Part shown: in pieces, positions 1-13,072 of the stretch | Layout: each line of letters opens with the position of its first letter | Position numbering within the stretch: position 1 is the stretch's first letter | Assembly: GCA_977016875.1 (NCBI GenBank) | Contig: CDRNST010000011.1 | Location: forward strand, 1,798,001-1,862,000 | Direction: 5' to 3' | Length of the DNA: 64,000 nucleotides | Origin: Pavona decussata | Taxonomy: Eukaryota | The notes under the pieces: model-generated | What the model was told of the DNA's origin: nothing | The model's database searches: none | What the model saw: only the letters and a program-made list of their open reading frames with translations | Position numbers and translations under genes: made by a program

Positions 1-563
1 CAAACTCCAATCAGAACTACACTGTAGTTAGTGAAGAAAGATGCAAAAATAGTCTTATTTGAGTCTTTCATGCATGCGCAAACGAATTGATCTAAAATGC
101 ATGTTCCGGTATTACTGTATCACGTGTTAGCGGCATGTGTTTGCATATTTCAATTTAGTTCTGCTAAATGTACCGCGGAAGTATCACTTACAATCCATGG
201 TTCCCAACGATACTGCTGGTATCAAGAGGTTGATTTACCTTTGGCCTGTATTATAACCAAGATTTCCAAGCTGGCGCGTGTGTGGCCAGTTCAGAAGGGT
301 TTTGTGTGGCGCCCATAGATAATTTACTGACGGAACTTATTATGTATCAAATTGAAAGTTTGGTTCAAAAAGAATGAAAACTGTCTCAGCTAAACGATGA
401 AAGCCGGCGAACAGAGAGAGTACAACGCAAGTTAAAACACTGACCGAGCTATCATCCGCACTGATTGCAGTTTCCACAAAAAAGCCAAACACCTTCTAGG
501 TCCCTCAATCGAGTGCAATTCAAATTGCAATTTAACCGCTAAAATCGCTTTCTGTAACGGAAA

Positions 564-2177
564 ATGAGTAGCAGCACCCTAATAGAATTGTTTGGGCACA
601 TCGTGTTCAGTTTTACAAGAGGCGTCACAGAATACTACAACCCAGAAGAACCTGAATTCACAGCAGAGTCTTTTGGATACAATCCTCTGGATAGCACAGG
701 CCGAGAATGGTATTATCAACCTATTGAAGAGTTTATTCACCAAGAATACGGCAGAGAGGCTACAGCATTAGATTATTCAGCCTCTAGCGGAGTTAAAGTT
801 ATGGTTATCGATGCATGCTCACCAGAGGAGAACGACGAAACGCAGGAAAATGAACAAGATGAAGACGGTGCCATGGCTTGGAAGCGACTGAGACCATCAG
901 CTCTGCGTACAGTTTGTAAATCAATGTATATTGGAGCTATGATTTCACTTCTTGCTGCTTTCTTTGTTGGTACACTATGCATCCTGATCTCCTACATATG
1001 CTATAAAACTATGAACGACTGCCAATTTTACAGACAGAAATCAATTCCAATAAAAGTGCAATGGACGAGGACAATTTCTGAAATTATTTCTTGTGCTTTT
1101 TTGTACATTTGGTTCTTCGTAATCATGCGATTTCTTTTCCGACCTTTTCAGCTGAAGGGAGTGAAAAGACATATGATCCTATTGAGTTTCCTTACATACG
1201 GTTTGGATGCGGTATATCGAGTTGCTCTACAAGCACTGGGCATATCTCATTCCGACATTTCCAATCTACAAAAGATTCCGCTCAACGTTATCTTTCTTTC
1301 TAATATTGGTTTGCAGATATATATTTTAACAATTCACTTCTGTAGAGGATCCACACGACAGAAGCTTACTTTCTTCTTTCAAATGGCTACACCCAATTGT
1401 TTATGTCTTATCGTTGTCATAATTATAACATATTGTATTTATCCCGCGTACAACAAACAAAATAATGAAGGCAAACTGTTAATTGCACTATTCGCTCCTC
1501 TCATTGGAGTAGTTGCCAAGGTCATCTCGCGAATTTCTGCTCAGCGATTATGGAACACTACCTATCCGGGATATTCGTATGTCTTAATTGCACCGTTCTA
1601 TCTTGGAACAGCGGTTATGTTTCGAGTTCTACAAGCGGAACTTGACAGTTTACAATCCATCGCTATTCTTGGGATAATTCACGGCGCTGCCGAAGTTATA
1701 GAGCGAAGTACCATGGTTGTGATTGATCACATTTGTCACACGCTATGGAAAAGACAACAAGCTCCTTGGGGAAGTTTTCGCACACCTCGCCGTGAGAGAC
1801 TTATGGCTGATCTCGCCATTACAAGCATGTTGTCTGAATCGACTGCCATATTGTCTGTTAACGGCTACTTGTTCTTGTATCAATTTGTTTTCTTAAAAAA
1901 CAAGACCATTATAAAATTGCTGGAATCTTTTGTCATCACTACCTCGGTTCAGCTGGTGATTGAGTGGTTCTTCACCAGCGTGTCTCTAGCGATCGAGACT
2001 CGTTATCAAAACATGGCTGTCATGGCCGTTTGGCTAAAACGATGGAAAAAACACATTTGTGTGGCCATTTCGAATGGTATTCCATTTACTATGTGGGCTA
2101 GCACTAGTCTCTTAGTCATTGTACACGAGCGCTTTCAAGAGGCTTTAAACGAGCGTTGTAAAATGCCATTTAGTTGA
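564..2177 (+). CDS. Uncharacterised multi-pass membrane protein, copy 1 (subtype A), intact, intronless
   Basis: 537-aa ORF with an acidic N-terminal region followed by about 10 or more hydrophobic segments; highly similar paralogs at 8221, 16432 and 22511. Confidence 0.85.
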   Translation: MSSSTLIELFGHIVFSFTRGVTEYYNPEEPEFTAESFGYNPLDSTGREWYYQPIEEFIHQEYGREATALDYSASSGVKVMVIDACSPEENDETQENEQDEDGAMAWKRLRPSALRTVCKSMYIGAMISLLAAFFVGTLCILISYICYKTMNDCQFYRQKSIPIKVQWTRTISEIISCAFLYIWFFVIMRFLFRPFQLKGVKRHMILLSFLTYGLDAVYRVALQALGISHSDISNLQKIPLNVIFLSNIGLQIYILTIHFCRGSTRQKLTFFFQMATPNCLCLIVVIIITYCIYPAYNKQNNEGKLLIALFAPLIGVVAKVISRISAQRLWNTTYPGYSYVLIAPFYLGTAVMFRVLQAELDSLQSIAILGIIHGAAEVIERSTMVVIDHICHTLWKRQQAPWGSFRTPRRERLMADLAITSMLSESTAILSVNGYLFLYQFVFLKNKTIIKLLESFVITTSVQLVIEWFFTSVSLAIETRYQNMAVMAVWLKRWKKHICVAISNGIPFTMWASTSLLVIVHERFQEALNERCKMPFS

Positions 2178-2392
2178 GAGAAGCGAGGTTTCAATAATGA
2201 CACCAGTAAGTGCAACCTCCTTAGAATTTTACCTCATCGGCTGCAACTAGTAGGAAGGACGGGAGGGGGGGGGGGGGGAACTTTCTACTGTCACGCTATG
2301 GAACTGTCTAGGGCATTGTAGTAGACGATGTAATTCTTGATGTAATGCCTGATACAAATAGATGTGTTGTAAGCTCCCACAACGTTCTAGAA

Positions 2393-2644
2393 CAAGAGAC
2401 TATGAGGTAAGAGAGCGAATCCCCCATACATACATCTTCCTATAAAAAAAATTTTTTCAATCTATTTTTGTTTGCGTTGCTATTTTAATGTCGACATCTT
2501 ATTGGTCAGTTAGAGTGACGTCATTTAATTTTAAACTCAATGGCGGATTATAATTTCCCAAAATAGCATGGCGCAAACTAAAAAAAGATTGAAAATAATT
2601 ATCATGGGGCACAGGGATTCGCTCTCTTACCTCATAGTCTCTTG
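2393..2644. mobile_element. MITE with ~30-bp TIRs and 7-bp TSD (P-element-like CAAG ends)
   Basis: caagagactatgaggtaagagagcgaatccc ... gggattcgctctcttacctcatagtctcttg, flanked on both sides by tctagaa. Confidence 0.8.
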
Positions 2645-2654
2645 TCTAGAATTA

Positions 2655-2817
2655 TAAAGTCGACTCCCGATAAGACGAACCTTCAAAGGAAATTGAAAAA
2701 GGTTCGAGATACCGGGAGTTCGAGTTATCGAGAGTAAAATTATATAGAAAATGACCTGAAGGGAAAGGAAAATTGGTTCGAGTTAGCGAGGGTTCGAGTT
2801 ATCGAGACTCGACTGTA
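2655..2817. mobile_element. Tc1/mariner-type MITE remnant
   Basis: agtcgactcccgataagacgaac ... gttcgagttatcgagactcgactgta inverted ends with TA flanks; internal gttcgagtta repeats. Confidence 0.55.
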
Positions 2818-3659
2818 GTTGAATAATTGTATATAAGGACTCGGGTAGCTGGTAGTGTGATTGTTGTTGTCGGCGGAGACTGACTGTTTAGCTACTCAAA
2901 AGGATTGTAGAGGGCTATTGTGGAGGTTCATTTAAAGGCAAGTACTTTGAGAGGAGATTTCATTGGAGACATCGACGTTTACTGAGGGTTGCGTTAGCGA
3001 TGATTAAAGTGTTAAACTTTTAGTCAGTAGTAGACTAAAATTAGATTGATAGTAGATTGTATTGACGAAAAGTCGCTGCTCTGTAACTATAACTTTGCTA
3101 CGTATCGCTGAATAAATAAGTTGGGTTTATAGGCGTGTTTTGAAGTGCATCTTTTTCTGCCGGTTAAATCATAAAGTAGGAGAGGCTCTTTGGTAATTCA
3201 ATTGATGAATGAATAACAATGCGAAAATGCTTTATTCCTGCGTTCAGTCTGATAGGAAAAGGAGGAAACTATTTGCTCTAATGTAATCTAAGATGTGTAT
3301 GACTCTGACTTGAAAAAAACGTTATAAACAAAACTTTTGTCAAAAAACTTAGTAAGACGTTTCGAGTGAGCTATAAATTTTCCGGAATGTTAATATCTAT
3401 ATGTTCAGTTGCCCGCTGATTTCGGTCTCGCTTAGAATGCAAGGCCTCAGGGAAAAGTCTCTCGTGGTAATCAAGCGCCTTGTCGACAATGGTGGCTTGG
3501 TCAAAATCTATATTATGGCTAAACTGTTGAGTCACGTCCTTGATAAAAAACAGGATAAAAAACGGCATTTTCAGTTTTTTGTTGGGACTAGCGTGCCCAA
3601 AAATGTGTCCCATATAATGATAATGACGCTATTGAATTTCAGTCGAAGCAAAGGCTACG

Positions 3660-6600
3660 TATCATAGCCTTAAACCTCAACGTTCTCTGAAGTAATACCG
3701 ACAATAAGCAAACATCTCGAATCATAGCGTTCAACCTCAACCGGCAATAAGCAAACGATTCAAACGTTTCGAAACATAGCGTTCAACCTCAACCGGTAAT
3801 AAGCAAACGTTTCAAACGTTTCGAATCATAGCCCTTAACCTCAACCGGTAATAAGCAAACGTTTCAAACGTTTCGAATCATAGCGTTCAGCCTCAACCGA
3901 CAATAAGCAAACGTTTCAAACGTTTCGAAATGTAGCGTTCAACCTCAACCGGTAATAAGGAAACGTTTCAAACGTTTCGAATCATAGCGTTCAACCTAAA
4001 ACTTCAATAAGAAAACGTTTCAAACGTTGCGAATCATAGAGTTTAACCTCAACCGGTAATATATAAGCAAACGTCTCAAACGTTTAGAATTGTAGCGTTC
4101 AACCTCAACCGGTAATAAAGAAACGTTTCAAATTGTAGCGTTCAACCTCAACCGTCACAAAGCAAACGTTTCAAACCTTTCGAATCATAGCGTTCAATCT
4201 CAACCGGTAATAAGAAAACGTTTCAAACGTTTCGAATCATAGCGTTTAATCTCAACCGGTAATAAGCAAACGTTTCAAACGTTTCGAATCATAGCGTTTA
4301 ATCTCAACCGGTAATAAGCAAACGCTTCAAACGTTTCGAATCATAGCGTTCAATCTCAACCGGTAATAAGCAAACGCTTCAAACGTTTCGAATCATAGCG
4401 TTCAATATCAACCGGTAATAAGTAAACGTTTTAAACGTTTCGAATCATAGCTATTAAATTCAACCGGTAATAAGCAAACGTTTCAAACGTTTCGAATCAT
4501 AGCGTTCAATCTCAACCGGTAATAAGCAAACGCTTCAAACGTTTCGAATCATAGCGTTCAATATCAACCGGTGATAAGCAAACGTTTCAAACGTTTCGAA
4601 TCATAGCGTTCAATCTCAACCGGTAATAAGTAAACGTTTTAAACGTTTCGAATCATAGCGTTCAATATCAACCGGTAATAAGCAAACGTTTCAAACGTTT
4701 CGAATCATAGAGTTCAATCTCAACCGGTAATAAGCAAACGCTTCAAACGTTTCGAATCATAGCGTTCAATATCAACCGGTAATAAGAAAACGTTTCAAAT
4801 GTTTCGAATTATAGCGTTCAACCTCAACCGGTAATAAGCAAACGCTTCAAACGTTTCGAATCATAGCGTTTAACCTCAACCGGTAATAAGCAAACGCTTC
4901 AAACGTTTCGAATTATGGCGTTCAACCTAAGCCGGCAATAAGCAAATGTTTCAAACGTTTCGAATTATAGCGTTCAATCTCAACCGGTAATAAGCAAATG
5001 TTTCAAACGTTTCGAATTATAGCGTTCAATCTCAACCGGTAATAAGCAAATGTTTCAAACGTTACGAATTATAGCGTTCAACCTCAACCGGCAATAAGTA
5101 AACGTTTCAAACGTTTCGAATCATAGCGTTTAACCTCAACCGGTAATAAGCAAACGTTTCAAACGTTTCGAATTATAGCGTTCAACCTCAACCGGCAATA
5201 AGTAAACGCTTCTAACGTTTCGAATCATAGCGTTTAACCTTAACCAGCAATAAGCAAACGCTTTAAAGGTTTCGAATCATAGCGTTCAACCTTAACCGGT
5301 AATAAGCAAACGCTTCAAACATTTCGAATGATAGCGTTTAACCTCAACCAGCAATAAGCAAACGCTTTAAAGGTTTCGAATCATAGCGTTCAACCTTAAC
5401 CGGTAATAAGCAAACGTTTCAAACGTTTCGAATGATAGCGTTTAACCTCAACTAGCAATAAGCAAACGCTTCAAAGGTTTCGAATCATAGCGTTCAACCT
5501 TAACCGGCAATAAGCAAACGTTTCAAACGTTTCGAATGATAGCGTTTAACCTCAACTAGCAATAAGCAAACGCTTCAAACGTTTCGAATCATAGCGTTCA
5601 ACCTTAACCGGTAATAAGCAAACGTTTCAAACGTTTCGAATGATAGCGTTTAACCTCAACTAGCAATAAGCAAACGCTTTAAACGTTTCGAATCATAGCG
5701 TTCAACCTTAACCGGTAATAAGCAAACGTTTCAAACGTTTCGAATGATAGCGTTTAACCTCAACTAGCAATAAGCAAACGCTTCAAACGTTTCGAATCAT
5801 AGCGTTCAACCTCAACCGGTAATAAGCAAACGTTTCAAACGTTTCGAATCATACCATTTAACCTCAACCGGTAATAAGCAAACGCTTCAAACGTTTCGAA
5901 TCATAGCGTTTAACCTCAACCGGTAATAAGGAAACGTTTCAAACGTTTTGAATCATAGCGTTAAACCTCAACCGGCAAAAAGCAAACGTTGCAAACGCTT
6001 CGAATTATAGCGTTAAACCTCAACTGGCAAAAAGCAAACGTTTCAAACGTTTCGAATCATACTGTTCAACCTCAACCGGCAATAAGAAAATGTTTTAAAC
6101 GTTTGCAATCATAGCGTTTAACCTTAACCGGTAATAAGCAAACGTTTTAAACGTTTCGAATCATAGCGTTCAATCTTAACCAGTGATAAGCAAACGTTTC
6201 AAACGCTTCGAATTATAGCGTTAAACCTCAACCGGCAAAAAGCACACGTTTCAAACGTTTCGAATCATACCGTTCAACATCAACCGGCAATAAGAAAACG
6301 TTTCAAACGTTTCGAATCATAGCGTTTAACATCAACCGGTAATAAGCAAACGTTTTAAACGTTTCGAACCATACCGTTTAACCTCAACCGGCAATAAGGA
6401 AATGTTTCAAACGTTTTGAATCATAGCGTTCAACCTCAACCTCAACCGGTAATAAGCAAACGTTTCAAACGTTTCGAAATGTAGCGTTCAACCTCAACCG
6501 GTAATAAGCAAACGTTTCAAACGTTTCGAATCATAGCGTTTAGCCTCAACCGGTAATAAGCAAACGTTTCAAACGTTTCGAAACATAGCGTACAGCCTCA

Positions 6601-7107
6601 ACCGGTAATAAGCAAACGTTTCAAACGTTTCGAATCATAGCGTTCAGCCTCAACCGGTAATAAGGAAACGTTTCAAACGTTTGGAATCATAGCGTTTAGC
6701 CTCAACCGGTAATAAGCAAACGTTTCAAACGTTTTGGATCATAGCGTTCAGCCTCAACCGGTAATAAGCAATTGTTTCAAAAGTTTCGAGTCATAGCGTT
6801 CAGCTTTAACCGGTAATAAGGAAACGTTTCAAACGTTTCGAATCATAGCGTTCAGCCTCAACCGGTAATAAGCAAACGTTTCAAACGTTTCGAATCATAT
6901 CGTTCAACCTCAACCGGCAATAAGCAAACGTTTTTAAACGTTTCCGATCTTATCGTTCAACCTCAACCGGCAATAAGGAAACGTTTCAAACATTTCGAAT
7001 TATAGCGTTCAACCTTAACCGACAATAAGCAAACGTTTCAAACGTTTCGAATCATAGCATTCAACGTCAATGTCTTCTGAAGTAATACCGGCAATAAGCA
7101 AACGTTC
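3660..7107. repeat. 52-bp minisatellite, roughly 65 copies
   Basis: Unit aacctcaaccggtaataagcaaacgtttcaaacgtttcgaatcatagcgttc repeated head-to-tail with substitutions and no spacers. Confidence 0.97.
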
Positions 7108-7716
7108 ATTTTGCGAATTAATCAGTTGGTAGAACTCCATTTTTAACTCGCTGGTTGTTATCTTTTACCTTAAAATATGCTGTAGTAAAACGACATCCGT
7201 TTACACTTTCCCAGTTAGGTAATTTCTCCGCCGGCGACGACCAAACTATATATTGCACTTTAGGGGAGTTTCGAATTTTGAAGTTGGTTCGTATACATTA
7301 TTATTTTAACGTGTGAAAGCGAAAAACTAATGTCGTAGTTCGAGCAACTCTTTAAAAATTTTGGGTCCACTATTCATAGCTGTGCATGTAACAAAACAGA
7401 TTCAATAAACGTGAGCGAAGGATTCAGAAACCCAACGAGAGGGCTGTGAGTGTTTAATAAAGAAATAAAGCTAAAGACATGATGAAGCATAAGTGCAATA
7501 ATTGGAAAGGATGACTATTTAGTTCGAACCTATAGACAATGCTCTAAGTGTGACACACCGAGCAATGGTTTCGATGCACACTCTCTGTTTTGTGACAAAT
7601 TTTTGACAAAAACCTTTAAGCTGGGATTGACCAAACGTTTAACGCCTTTCATATTGCCGTTCAGCCTTTCTCTTTGTAATGTTCTCAAATGAGAGCCACC
7701 CAAGAATGAGATCCTT

Positions 7717-7753
7717 TAGCCTGCGGAAACGGAAACGACTGCTACGCAGGCTA
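7717..7753. mobile_element. 37-bp minimal MITE (tagcctgcg...cgcaggcta) with degenerate 9-bp TSD
   Basis: gagatcctt / gagattatt flanks; absent from the paralogous site near 22020. Confidence 0.6.
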
Positions 7754-8220
7754 GAGATTATTTCGCTTTGTAGAGCTGTGCCCAAAGAGATAAATTAAAT
7801 GTTAAACTTAACGATTCCTCTGGCCTGTGGCGACTTTTGAACGACATAACAAGCAAAACGTGGCAAAAATAAAAACCTAATCAAACTGTATTTACTGAGG
7901 AGCGAACCGGAAACTGTATATGCCGCGCAACGGTTTTTGCATTAATTTCCTAAACGAAATAAATAGAGCAACGAAAGAGGCAAAAGTCACATTGAGCGGT
8001 TCTATCTGTGGTGTATCAGTTAATGATTTGAAACTTGCGTTTTTTAAACAAATGGAACGAGAAAAAGGAAACCGATAAAGATTGTTGGACCAGTTTGCGT
8101 TCATCGATCAGCAATTGACGTTTTTGGCTTATTACGCCGATTAATTGATATGTAAACATTTCAGCAGTCTTTGCTCGTCATTCTAAAATTTCCTTTAAAA
8201 CATCGACGAAGCTAATCAAA

Positions 8221-9835
8221 ATGAGTAGCAGTACCCTGATCGACGTCGTTGGTCACATCATGTTCAGTTTTACAAGAGGCGTAACAGAGCACTACAACCC
8301 AGAAGAACCTGAATTCACTGCAGAGTGTTTTGGTTACAGTCCTCTAGAAACCACAGGTCGAGAATGGTATTGTCATCCTGTCGATGAGCTTATTTACCAA
8401 GAATACAGCGACAGAGAAGCCACAAGCGGAGACTACCTAGCAACAAGGCGTTTTAATGTAAGTGTTATCAATGCATGCTCACCAGAGGAAAATGAAGAAA
8501 CACAGGAAAATGAACAGGATGAAGACACTGCCATGGCGTGGAAGCAACGGAGACCATCAGCCCTGCGTACAGTTTGTAAATCAATGTATATTGGAGCTTT
8601 GATTTCGCTTCTTGCTGCTCCCATTGTAGGCATCATGTTCATGTTGGTCTCTTACATAGGCTACAAAACGTACAATGACTGCCAATTTCATTCAAAGAAA
8701 TCGATTCCAGTCAAAGTGAAATGGATTAGATCAATTTCTAATATTGTTTCTTCTGCTTTTCTGTACGTGTGGTTCTTTGAACTGATGCTATTTCTTTTTC
8801 GCCCATTTCAGTTAAAGGGGGTGAAAAGAAAGCTGTTTCTGGTGAGTTTCCTTATGTTTTGCTTGGATTCACTTTATACGGTTGCTCTTCAAGCGCTAGG
8901 AATATCACATTCCTACCCGTCCAACATACAAAAGATTCCGCTAAACGTTCTCTTTGGTTTCACTGTAGCTCTGCAGATCTATATCTTAACGATTCACTTC
9001 TGCACAGGTTCAACAAAGCGGAAACTGGCTTTCTTCTCCCAGATGTTTACACCAATTTGTTTGTGTTACTTCCTAGCCATCATCATAGCGTATTGTATTT
9101 ATCCAGCGTACAACAAACAAAACAGAGACGGCAAACTGCTAATCGCAGTCTTTGCTCCTCTCACTGGAGTCATTCTGAAAGTGATATCGCGAACTTGTGT
9201 TCAGCAGTTGAGGAGAACCACATCTGGGATATTCGCATGTCTTACTTTCGACGTCCAATTTTACAACAGCGGTTATGTTTCGAGTTTTACAAGCGGATCT
9301 TGACAGTTTGCAATCCATCACTATCCTTGGAATAACTCACGGCGCTGCAGAGGTCATAGAAAGAAGCACCATGGTTGTGATTGATCACATTTGTCACACG
9401 CTATGGAAAAGAAAATCAGCTCCTTGGGGAAGTTTTCGCACTCCTCGCCGTGAGAGACTAATGGCTGATATTGCTATCACGAGCATGCTGTATGAATCAA
9501 CTGCTATAGTTCCTGTTAACGGCTTCTTATACTTGTATCAATTTATATTCTTAGGAAACAATTTTATTTTAAAATTGCTGCAATCTTTTGCCATTCATAC
9601 TTCAGTGCCGCTGGTGATTGAATGGTTTTTCAACAGGGTGTCTCTGGCTATCCAAACTCGTTATCAGAATATAGCTGTCATGGCTGTTTGGCGAAGACAA
9701 TGGAAAAGACATAGCTTTTTGGCCATTGTAAATGTGATTCCATTAGCTATTTGGACTTGCACTAACCTCTTAGTTATTGTACATGGGCGCTTTCCGGAGG
9801 CCACAGACCGACCTTGCAAAATGCCTTTTACTTGA
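8221..9835 (+). pseudogene. Membrane protein family copy 2 (subtype B), frameshifted
   Basis: ORFs 8221-9303 and 9275-9835 together cover the full protein; 2-bp CA loss near 9220 (accacatctggga versus accacacatccggga in copy 4). Confidence 0.8.
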
Positions 9836-12800
9836 GAGCGGCAAGGCTTCAATAACGGGATTCTTGCATGCAATCTCTTGGCTTCACTGCCTGTCTTCGA
9901 CCTCAACAAGTGAAACGCAGTAAAGTCAAAGCATGTAAACGGAAGAAATTGTTCATCGGTAACGTGGTAATTAACTGCAGTTAAGTTCGTTCAGCACGTG
10001 GTCAGTTTTCAAAGAACTGAATATCTCACAGCAGTTTGGTCCCCTCATAAGTACGTCAAGCAGACAACCTCGGACTTCAGTTTCGATCAAGACGGTATCA
10101 AATGTGCTGCTGAACTTTGTTTTCTCCGAGAAGGCTGGCCCAGAGCTTGTTATCAAACAACTGTTTGATAACGGAGTTTGATCAGCACACTACATCTGCT
10201 CTTAAGAGAAGACGACCTTGGTTCGAGACTTTCAGACACTAAGTGGGCATGCATGGCTATTAGACGGTAACTGTTCATAAGATTTTTTACAAGTATGTTA
10301 ATAGTACAAATACTTTGAATTGCACACATTTATATTAAGGTGAATGTAATGGACATACATCAGATACATTTGCATGTGCTTCCATTGAATGATTTTTAAC
10401 AGATAATATTGTTATTATTACTCCATCATAATTTTGAGTATGAGCATGTGTACTGGATTTACTGCTCACTTGAACAACGACTTGGCATTTTAATTTATGT
10501 CTTTTGCAGTGCTAAATTGACAGTTATCGACAACAAAACATCAAAATTCGAATGCGAATCAATCAATGCGGGAACCCTGAGAAGAAAACGCTTTCAGTCT
10601 TGCGTGAAAAAGGAAAATAACGTCAGGGGATTATTGATTTTAGATTTGCCTCTATGAGCCCGCAAAATAAATAACTATGTCAACAACAACAACAACAACA
10701 ACAACAAAACTACTGTATACGGCGGCTATTTTACACTCACGCCTCATTTTGTTTCCCAATTTAGACTTACTGACTGATGCTTACCTTCAATGACACTTTA
10801 AATAGTTTCAATTATGTATGATCGCGCATTACAAGCAGCAGAACACGTTCTGAACAATACCTGAGTTGATTTGACAGTTTAACGAACTTTGTAGACGTCG
10901 CATAAGCCGGAGAAAGGAAAGGCGCTCCCTGCCAGTTTTTCAGTACTGCGAGGTTGTTCCGAATGAAATGTACCAATAACCAGTGAGTTGTAATATAATT
11001 ATACTATTTAGCACAAAAGCAAACTTTTTTGTCAACTCAATTTAGGCATAAACAACAAGTTAAGTGTATAGTCAGCGCTGATTTTATCGTGAGTTTTGCC
11101 ATTGTGTTGTAGTAAACCTCATCAGAGTTTATCGCTACGATTGATCTCCTTCAGCCGTCGGCTTTCTTTGATTCCTAACTCGGACACTACTGTTCTACTG
11201 CAGTTTGCACCTTTTGTTTGCTTTGGCTGCGTCACTTGTGAGTGTTTAAGCCGACGATGCGCCCAACAGGTCATAAAACGCGCGGTTTATTTGGTTACTG
11301 TCAATGCCTTAGCGAACATTTTAGCGCCAAAATTGTAAGTGACAGCCCCACGAACAAAAATTCCATGAAGCTTTTCCCTCTGTTAAACAGGACACCCAAC
11401 AGATTAGGAAGTGCAACAAGAACACCACTCGAATACCAAGAAGAGAGTCAGTGGTAATGGTAGAATAAAGAGCCCTACTGTGAACTGGTGCGGGTGAAGG
11501 AAGTAAATTTCACCAAAATGGGAAAGGCCTGCTCAAAAATAATTATTTCAAAAACTCTAGAGAGTGCTGAAAAACAAAATTGGACTATAGTAACTTGCAT
11601 CGATCGGATCCCAGTGGTTAAAACATGGGAAGACTTTGGCTAATTTGCAAGCAGACGGAAGTGCATTTGAACGACGGATCAATGAGATGCCTGTTAAGCT
11701 CTTTTAGATAAAGAGGGTAGCCAAGTTTCAAATTGTTGTTGTTGTTTTTTCTTTGGACGATAATAATTGTCTGTGTTATTTTTACCTTATTTAACAAGAA
11801 GCTGTAGCATCCTGGAATATTCACCTGAGAGCTAAAATATTTTACCAAAGAAATGCCAAGGACCAATGTTACCTCCATCGACTGAAATTTCAGAGGCTGG
11901 ATTTCGGGCCGATCGCTGCAAAATGGCTCTTTAATGACTTGTTACTTCCCCTAAATTGGTCACAGTCACACCAGAGTCAGTCTTCATTGGATCTTGGTGT
12001 TCGGTTTTATTAACAGAGTCGATAAGGTGATTTGGCCATCGTAAAGAGATTTGAGCGCTGACGTTTCGAGTGTTAGCCCTTTGTGAGAGCGAACTCCGGC
12101 AACCGAACTATAACTGATTTCGTCCTGCAAATTTCGAATATGATTTAGTTACTTAAATCAAGAGAGGATGAAGGTAGAACTTCGCGGGACCTGAATAACC
12201 AGTAAATATTGCAAAAGTTAAATCCTGGAAAAAGCCACAACAAGTTGCAGAACTTTGCAAGGTTTCAAGATCGTATAAACCCAACTACCTGATTTGGTCT
12301 GGAGATGCACAACTATAGGGCACATGACATGAATACTGTGAAAAATTGGTAAAGCCTCTACAAACTATGACCGCTTACTAAACTGAAAGCAATACAACAC
12401 AATGCATTGTAAATACAAGGTAATGCAAACAAGCTATTCTTCAGTTATTGTAAATTTTTTACTTGAACAGTAATTACAACCAACATTTACTGAAGTCACT
12501 TGCCAAGGGACTGACTTTTCTTGTAGACCTTGTAGTTGCTGAAATCAGTGTTTTGGTGAGAGTTTCCTTTAATCTTTTGTTCTATGTCACCTGGGATATC
12601 GCAACCACACAGAAAACATCAAAAATTCAAAATTACTGGTTAGTACCCATGCAGGCTTAGTTTTCATTATTGGATTTCATTTCTAGGTTAGCGTTAGAAC
12701 TAAAGAATTGTACTTTGTAATATTTACGCCCCTCATAGAAAACAGGATTTTAACTAGCATAACAAAAAAATGTGGGCCCGCATTATGACCCTATTGAGTT

Positions 12801-13072
12801 TTGGAAGAGACAATAACCATGAAACGTTCAAAGACTACAAGCGTATGGCATTATACTGCAATCCTTCACTTAAGGAATGTTACTAATTAGCAAACTTTTT
12901 ATAAGCCTCTGTAAATGAGTATCGGTAATGCTTGAAACTCTCTGTTTGTCTGTTTATACTTTTAAAACAAAAAAAGCTGCAATAAAACAGCACTCGTTTG
13001 TACTTTCTTAGTTAATTGTTTCCTGCGAAGGCAAAACTAGTACTCTTCTTCGAGAGTTTCGAATTTCCTTAA

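Noticed and set aside
3660-7107. CRISPR-like array
   Set aside because: Units are contiguous with no unique spacers, there are no cas genes and the context is eukaryotic; it is a minisatellite
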